NCBI RefSeq assembly: GCF_964194025.1
Contig: NC_134478.1
Location: 56,358,001-56,422,000 of the forward strand
Origin: Convolutriloba macropyga
Lineage: Eukaryota
Direction: 5' to 3'
Length of the DNA: 64,000 bases
Part shown: piece after piece, positions 57,107-64,000 of the stretch
How the letters are laid out: every line of letters begins with the position of its first letter
Position numbering within the stretch: the first letter of the stretch is position 1
Notes under the pieces: model-generated
What the model was told of the DNA's origin: nothing
The model's database searches: none
What the model saw: the letters and a program-made list of their open reading frames with translations, nothing else
Position numbers and translations under genes: made by a program

Positions 57107-60100
57107 CTATTCGTCTTCCGTTTGGAAAGTTGGGTTCTGGTATGGTGAAAAGAGTATAAAACCCACTAGCAACCCAACGACAAAAATTGTAGCCAATAAA
57201 TATAGAAGAATTCTAGATCCATTCCAGTAATTGATGACGTCCACTTCCAAAAAGTCACATGGATCCACAACTAAGACGTCGTCAAGTTGACAGTAGGAAT
57301 TCTGATAGGCCGTCATGCACTTGATGTACGCTTTCTGTCTCCGAAAAGCAATCGCTGAAAATAACGATTTTCAAGCTGAGCAGTCCAGCCCTTGAGTGCC
57401 GTTTTGATATAGTTAATAGCTCTCTAAGACTATGGTTTTATTGTGACTTGTAAGAGAGCCGAAGTTAAAAAGAGTCGATTGAAAGAGCCGAAAATTTATT
57501 AAAATTATAAGATTCGATAAATTAAGATGAATTTTTACAGATGAATTAAGATAAATTGCCTTCTGAAATGAGACCACCAAATTCTCAACCAATCATAACC
57601 GAGTATTTAGGAAATGAAATTTTAAATGTTCTAGTAAAATAAACTGAAAGTGAATTATAATTATCTTGAATTTGGTGACGTCTTAACAAATAGACGTACC
57701 ACAATGTAGAATTTTCAACGAATTGGTTGAACAAATTTAAGACACTGTACCTTTATGCGTTCAATTAGCCTAAGTTGGCCATTGCCTAATTCTAGATTAT
57801 TTTACCCATACCTCAGCGGCCCGTGCAACTTTATATGAATCTATCACAACCAAACGTGAGACCAGTTTCCTACAAAAAGTATTATTTTTCTCTTTCGGGT
57901 TATCGCCTTTCTGAGTAAATTTACGTTAACATTCATATCCTATTTTTAAAAATGGAGAATTTGTTGAGCAATCAGCCAATCAGAAAACAATATTCCCATT
58001 TTTTCAATAGTGAATGACCAGCCATAAAATTTCTATATTTTGGTACGTCTGCCATTTTCGCTAGCGGCCTCGATTTTATTGTGGGCCATTTCCACTAGCG
58101 GCCTCGAATTTATCGTGGGCCTCAGCAGCGGTGACGTACAACAATGCCGACGTATAAGAGTGTCGAAAATTTATTCAATTTTTCAATCGATAAGTTTCTA
58201 AACCAATCAGATCACTTCAACTGTAATGAGCACAAAAATGCTGAACCAATTACAATGAAATGGTGAGATTTTTTATTTAGTAGGACAAGATAATTGGAGC
58301 GGGATAAATTTAGAGCAAACAGTAATAATTGAGGACCATGGCCATGCCTCAGAGGCCAGTGGTACTTGATATGAATCTATCGCAACCGAACTACTGATCG
58401 GCGTGCCCTGTTTGCTTTGAAAACAAATTCCGCAAGCATTTAATTGATAATTAATTAGTATTGGTGGTTTCAGCACTTATAACATCAGTTCGCGTTTTGG
58501 CACTCTTAAACGTCGGCATAGTATTGCGTCGGCATAGTTGTACGTAACCCTGAGCAACTTATGGGACTTGATATGAAACTATCACAACCGAACATGAGGA
58601 CAATTAACCCAATTAAGTACTTTTCTTGTCTTTAATCACCCTAAATTGTTAGTTGATTACCAAGAAAAGTACTTAATTGGGTTAATTGGCCTCATGTTCG
58701 GTTGTTATAGTTTCATATCAAGTCCCATAAGTCGCTCAGGGTTACGTACAACTATGCCGACGCAATACTATGCCGACGTTTAAGAGTGCCGAAACGCGAA
58801 CTGATTTTATAAGTGCCGAAACTACCAATACTAATTAATTATCAATTAAATGCTTGCAGAATTTGTTTTGTGTTCGGCTCATTTTCAAGTCAGTTTTCGG
58901 CGCTTTCTAACATCGGCTCTTTTACGCGTTATCGGTGTACTTATCTCTTCAAAACTAATATTATGAAGCCAAAAGCAAGAAAATAGTCACCATATAGCCA
59001 AACAAAAATCTCAGTTGGAGCCTGAAATCCAAAATTAAGAGCAAATGCAAAATTCACGCAAATAAGAGTTGGTGTTTGGGTTTCCATTAGCAATACCTCT
59101 TAAGTTCATTTAAAAACTACGATATGATTATATACGTGATTCAATGTAAGTTCCGTCTGTATGAAAAATTTTAAATGATTGTTTTTTTGAAGTTCTGCTT
59201 GCTAATTTGGGACGAGTTCACATTGAAATTTTTCTACATCGTCTATTTCAATTATAGTTTGCATATTGATCACGGGCAATTCTTAACCTCAATGGCCGAC
59301 CGGTGATGGTTGTTATTAGTTAGATTTACTCTAGCCGAGTTTGTTGTTCCATAGAAATAACTTTGGTAGAAATGAAATGCAATCTGTAGGTTCAACTTCC
59401 AATGCGGTCTATTTCAATCAGCGTTTCGGGAATTGGTTCGAATTTCTTACCAGTTGCAGTGCAAGAACTTAAATCAGTTGCATCTTGACCACAGTTGATG
59501 ACGTAACAGTTCGCAGTCTCCAGTTCAAAGTATGAAGTGTTTTGAGCGTACCCGAACCATGTTAGGGTTCTGTTTTCGTTGGGGTAAAGCTGTGGGCACA
59601 GTAAATTTGCTGCAAATCTAAAAAGCAAAAAAAACTTGATGGCATTTTATGAAGTACATTGCATTTGAATGTGAATTTCGACATTATGGACTGAAAAATT
59701 ATGACTTAATGTTTAAAATTATACAAAAACCGGAAAGTCGTAAATCAGCTTGCCAATCGCTACCGAAGGAATTGTGTACTAAGAGAGTTTTGAACAGACG
59801 CTAAGAGCTGATCGCGTATAAAAAAAGTTTAATTCAATTTTCTGGTCTTCGGTAGTTGCTAAAGACCATGTAGCAGTCCCAGCTTGCCTTTTAATTGTTT
59901 TGCCTTTTAATTGTTTTTAGAAATTAATTTCGAATGATGTTTTCATTTCTCTTTGATTTTTTGACAAGGTGCTTTTCTGAAACGTGATATTCTTTCGCAT
60001 ATGTTTAGTGGCAATCAATTAAATTTTGCTTCTGGAAATGCTCACATGCAGCTGATTGTCTGCTTTAGTTTGAGATATATGGAAATTGATTTAAAAAATT

Positions 60101-62685
60101 CGAATTGAGCTAGCCTTAAACAATTTTTTACGGCGAAATTGTATTCTAACTTATTTTCGAGTTTCTCGATTTTGAGCTTGAATGCAAAGAAAATACGGGC
60201 TTTTGTTATCATATTGAAAATTTAACATAAGTTTGAAATGTTAAGTTTTTATACCATGCAGACAAATGTTTTGCTTGACTGAAATATCACTGCTATTTCT
60301 GGTACGAAATTGTTCCCTCTGAATTTTTGTTGACTTTTGAAAAGATATCCTATGATACTTATAAACACGTGCTTAATCCATGAGCTCTTTCAAAACTATC
60401 AAGACCTGAAGACGTAAAATCTGTCAAACTTATCTGAAAGTCGTATTTACAGATATTTTGAGAATATTCATTTCCTCACTACCACAATTGCGCATTTTCA
60501 TGTTAAACATTATAGAATACAGTTATCGAGTTTTAAAGTTTTTGTGACCATCGAATGATGTTCTCTGTTTTTGTTATTTTTGAGCATTTTGTTCTCATTG
60601 TTTTATTATGCTGAAGCAATTTAACGCTGTAAATTATGCTATCATTCATTATTAATTTGACTTTGCTAAATTTTGGGTGATTTTGTTTTAAATAACGCTT
60701 TTTTCATAGACTTTTCTTCAAATCCGTTATTTTTTTAGCGAAAACTTGATACTGCTCTAGACTAACGCCTAAAAACTCGGTCAAATAATATTCATAAAGT
60801 ACAGCTACCGCTAGTTCAAATTTCAACTATCTAGCAAAGCGGTATGGATGGGACCTTCTGCCATGTTTTTGGTAATTTAAAGGTAATTTTTGTTCCTTTT
60901 GGCGTCACTTCTGATATTTTGGCAAAGTATGTTAATTTTATCAATAGTTTTTGTTATAAAATTAGGTTTTCAAGATCTCTCCTTTTTCGATTTCTTGTTT
61001 TGAATGAGAAGTGAAATTGGAGCAGCAATTTTATTCACGCCGAAAAAGTAGAGAGCGAAAAACTGACTTGTTTTTTAACCGTGACATTTTAAACTTTTTC
61101 CAGGGTTAAAAGTTAAGAAATTTTTGTTAAACATTTTTTCACGGAAATTTAAACCGTTCTGCCGTTCTCTGGATAATTCTCCTGACGGATGTTACTGTTG
61201 GTTATAAACGTCCATGGGCAGCTAATGATTTTTCTGACTTTGACACTGGTTTCATAAAATTATCGAATTTTTGGTTTTTGCTCGTATGTTGTGCACTTTT
61301 TGTTCGCTTAGCCTGAAGTGCCTTTAATGGCAGGTCACATTGACGTTTTAATGGGCTCAATATAAAATTTTCATGATTTTTAGACCATGAATTTCATGAA
61401 TTTGACAATGATCTTTTTTATTAAAAAATGGTGAAATAAATGGTAAAATATTTTCCTCCTTTTTTGTGTCTCCTTATTTTTCTGTCTTCAATTTTTTGGC
61501 AGGTCTTTTTGAAGTGGTAATGAGAACTAATATGTTTTAATTAATGGCTTACTATTTTAATGACTTTAGCTTTGTGTTTTTACAAAATGTTTTTTAATTT
61601 TTGAGGTTTGGAATTGTGGCTTTATATAATTATTGGCGAAGTTTTGAATTTTTTCTGTACTTTTTTCTTTCTGTCTGGTCTCCTATTCCCAGACAGGTCA
61701 AAAACGGTTTTTGTTTGAAATTAATTTGAAAATAGCGAAGCAATAAAACTTTTTGTTTTTATTGTTTCGCAAAATTGTTTATTTGATATAAATAGGTTTG
61801 TTTTCTACTTCAGAAATTGTATTAGCTGAATTGTAATTTTCAACAAAATGCTGTGCCCATTGTTTTTTTGTCCATTGTCGTGAAATAAAAAACCCTTGAG
61901 TTATCAATCTCACTAGAGTACGCGTCTGTCTGTATTTGAGAATCCATCTATGTTAAGATTTTAAAGCATAAATAGCTCTGTATTATTTTGAACCTCTCCC
62001 ATCTCTACTACATTTGGTAGACAATTAAGCCAACAATTGTCTTGAGCTTCTTGGGTTGGAAGAGGCTCCTTGTTTGACTTTGTTCTCATAGTATTGCCGT
62101 TCCTGATTGTTATTTTATTTCAGCTAAGTAACCGTGATGCGAAGTTCTTTTTCTGTAGGTTCCAATTTTGCCAATTTAGTCTCGACAGGAATTTGAGAAT
62201 GAATTCATAATTTTCAAAATCATAGATGTTTTTGTTTGATCGAATCAAAAGTGAGTTCACCGTGTCTGATTATAATAAAAAATATATCCCCACTGAAATA
62301 AACCCAATGTTATCATTGAACTTCGGTCGCAATAATTTGTTTGGTTGTTTCATAACAGTTTCATGTCAAGTCCCACGGCTTGCTATGGCATGAAAAAATG
62401 TGCAGCTCCTTAGCAGTCGAGTTGGGGTTTGTTTCCGGGGGGGGGGGGGGGGGGGTTCCGTAGGTTTTTTCAAAACCGAAGAGTTCACCTGTTGATTTCA
62501 CAGACTGGTTCCTGGTCACTTGATCCGGTCTGAGTGGCTGCCAGGTAGCCATGGTCATCAGTGAAGGGTCCTACCAGACTCAGCTCAATACCACTCACTG
62601 TTGCCGGATTTGAAGTTGTTTCTGTCGACTTAAATTGAACTACGCATACGAGTAATACATTTAATAAAAATGTTGTTAGTTTCAT
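57107..62685 (-). CDS. Small type I membrane protein with divergent SRCR-like domain; complement(join(57107-57354,59451-59617,62489-62685)), 203 aa
   Basis: Signal peptide MKLTTFLLNVLLVCVVQF. GT-AG introns with matching phases (2,1); 612 nt in frame. Cys pattern LSLVG..G.L...PVC....AANLLCPQL...INC......LSSC...AYIKC. TM helix ILLYLLATIFVVGLLVGFILF and a short acidic tail. Confidence 0.75.
58420..58869. repeat. Long near-perfect inverted repeat (arms 58420-58628 and 58661-58869, 32-bp spacer) in an intron of the minus-strand gene
   Basis: Arms are reverse complements over ~209 bp with about ten mismatches; partial relatives at ~57812, ~58120 and ~58345. Confidence 0.92.
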
Positions 62686-64000
62686 TTTTGGTTAGACGGT
62701 TTAAAACGAGTTTATTTGCGTGGAGTTCTTTTTTTATAACTAAATTTTGCTTAAGTTATTAATGGTTAAAACATACCACCGTTGATTTTTGCCGTGCTTC
62801 ACAATTTATGCGTACAGTTTATCAGAATATAAGCTGGTCGTAATTCAAGCTGCAACGCTAGTAAAGGTAGCTCTTAGAAATTTTGTTTTTAAAAATCGAA
62901 TGTTGGTAAGACTTGTATCCGATTTTCTCTAGAGTTATGGTTTGTTAGTTGTGGCCAGGTTGTTGAATACAATGATTGCAATACAGAATTTATGAGGTGG
63001 GGAAAGTTGTGATGAAAATAGACCATAGTTTGCGTATTAATGCAAATGGGTTATCCTTGGTGGTGATGTTATTCATTTTTATTTTTAAATATGAAATATG
63101 TAAGAAATAATAACCGCATGGTTATTGTAACATGCTGGAAAATACTAATGTTACATAATATACATCGATATTCTCTTAAATTAGAAAAACATAAGGTTCG
63201 GCGTTCTTTAAAATTCTGTTCGCTTTCTAACGAGCCATTAATTGATCGAAATTTCTCAGCAGAAATGAATTTTTCCTACCCCACTTTTAGTGGGGGAGGG
63301 GTAACTAAATACTCAACTGGTTTTTTTTTTTGTTCAGACAATTTTGGCCGATCGATATAATCATCGTAGAGAGTTGTGAGTGGTATCATTAGAAAGCCCG
63401 TCCAGCGTAGAATATGGAATTAAAAGATTTTTTGATTTTCGGTTTTTATAGGGAGTTATCGAGGTTTAAAGTTTTGTGAATAGTAGACGATATTCCGTTG
63501 TTTTCTTTCACATTTTCCTTATTGTTGACCAAATTTTCGTTAATTTTTGCTAAAATATGTTGAAATTATTAACGGTAATGTTATTGATTTTATGTTAAGA
63601 TACAGGGGGTTTGCTGAATTGTTGTATAAGAGCTATTTGGCTAAATTGTGTGCTGAATTTTTCAACATTCAGACTTTTTCGTCTAAAATGGGACCTAATT
63701 TGCATTTTTAGCCCATTTTCTCAGAATTCGCTCAAAGTAGACAACTTAAAACTGCAGCCAAATTTGTAGTATATATAGAAAGAGAGGTAGTTGCATTCCG
63801 GCTGGCTTTAGGTGTCTTCGGAAATTATAATTCTGACAGATTTTTGCAAATTTAATCTCGATAATTAAACGAAATGCACTATTTAATTATTTATTTTTGA
63901 TATATTGAAAAGTTTTGTTTTAAAATTGACATATTTCGCGACCATTTGAACCATTAAATGTTTTCGTAGCAGCGCAGCAATATCAGGGCTGATATTGATC

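Noticed and set aside
58991-59021. 31-bp AG/GT-bounded candidate micro-exon on the minus strand
   Set aside because: Inclusion introduces an immediate TGA; exons 2 and 3 already join in frame. It could only be a poison exon.
1-64000. tRNA, rRNA or snRNA genes
   Set aside because: None recognised by eye; tRNAscan-SE/Infernal would be needed to exclude them.

Overview
AT-rich animal (metazoan) genomic DNA, probably an invertebrate; the species cannot be determined from sequence alone. About 46 kb is one + strand gene with 9 coding exons for a ClC-3/4/5-type 2Cl-/H+ exchanger (ATG 1823 to TAA 47894, 927 aa). Its introns are packed with mobile DNA: a degenerate CR1/L2-type LINE; a full-length 11-kb BEL/Pao LTR retrotransposon (LTRs 8049-8208 and 18918-19073, 5-bp TSD AGTAG) whose 4-kb leader holds a CRE-like motif array, a 175-bp satellite and paired hairpins; at least four families of Helentron-type non-autonomous elements (HINE/DINE-1 architecture) that are nested, chained and co-oriented; Merlin-like MITEs with 8-bp TSDs; and foldback repeats. 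Upstream lie a frameshifted SGNH-hydrolase fragment and a CRE-clade retroelement remnant. Downstream are two adjacent genes with intact, intronless CDSs that look like pseudo-enzymes: an HSD17B10/MRPP2-like SDR lacking the catalytic Ser, and a 708-aa XRN1-like protein that has lost several metal-binding acids, the 5'-phosphate pocket and the C-terminal domains. A convergent 3-exon gene encodes a small type I membrane protein with a divergent SRCR-like domain. The XRN1-like putative pseudonuclease, with its SDR neighbour, is the most novel-looking item. All family assignments come from motif recognition by eye, not from database searches.
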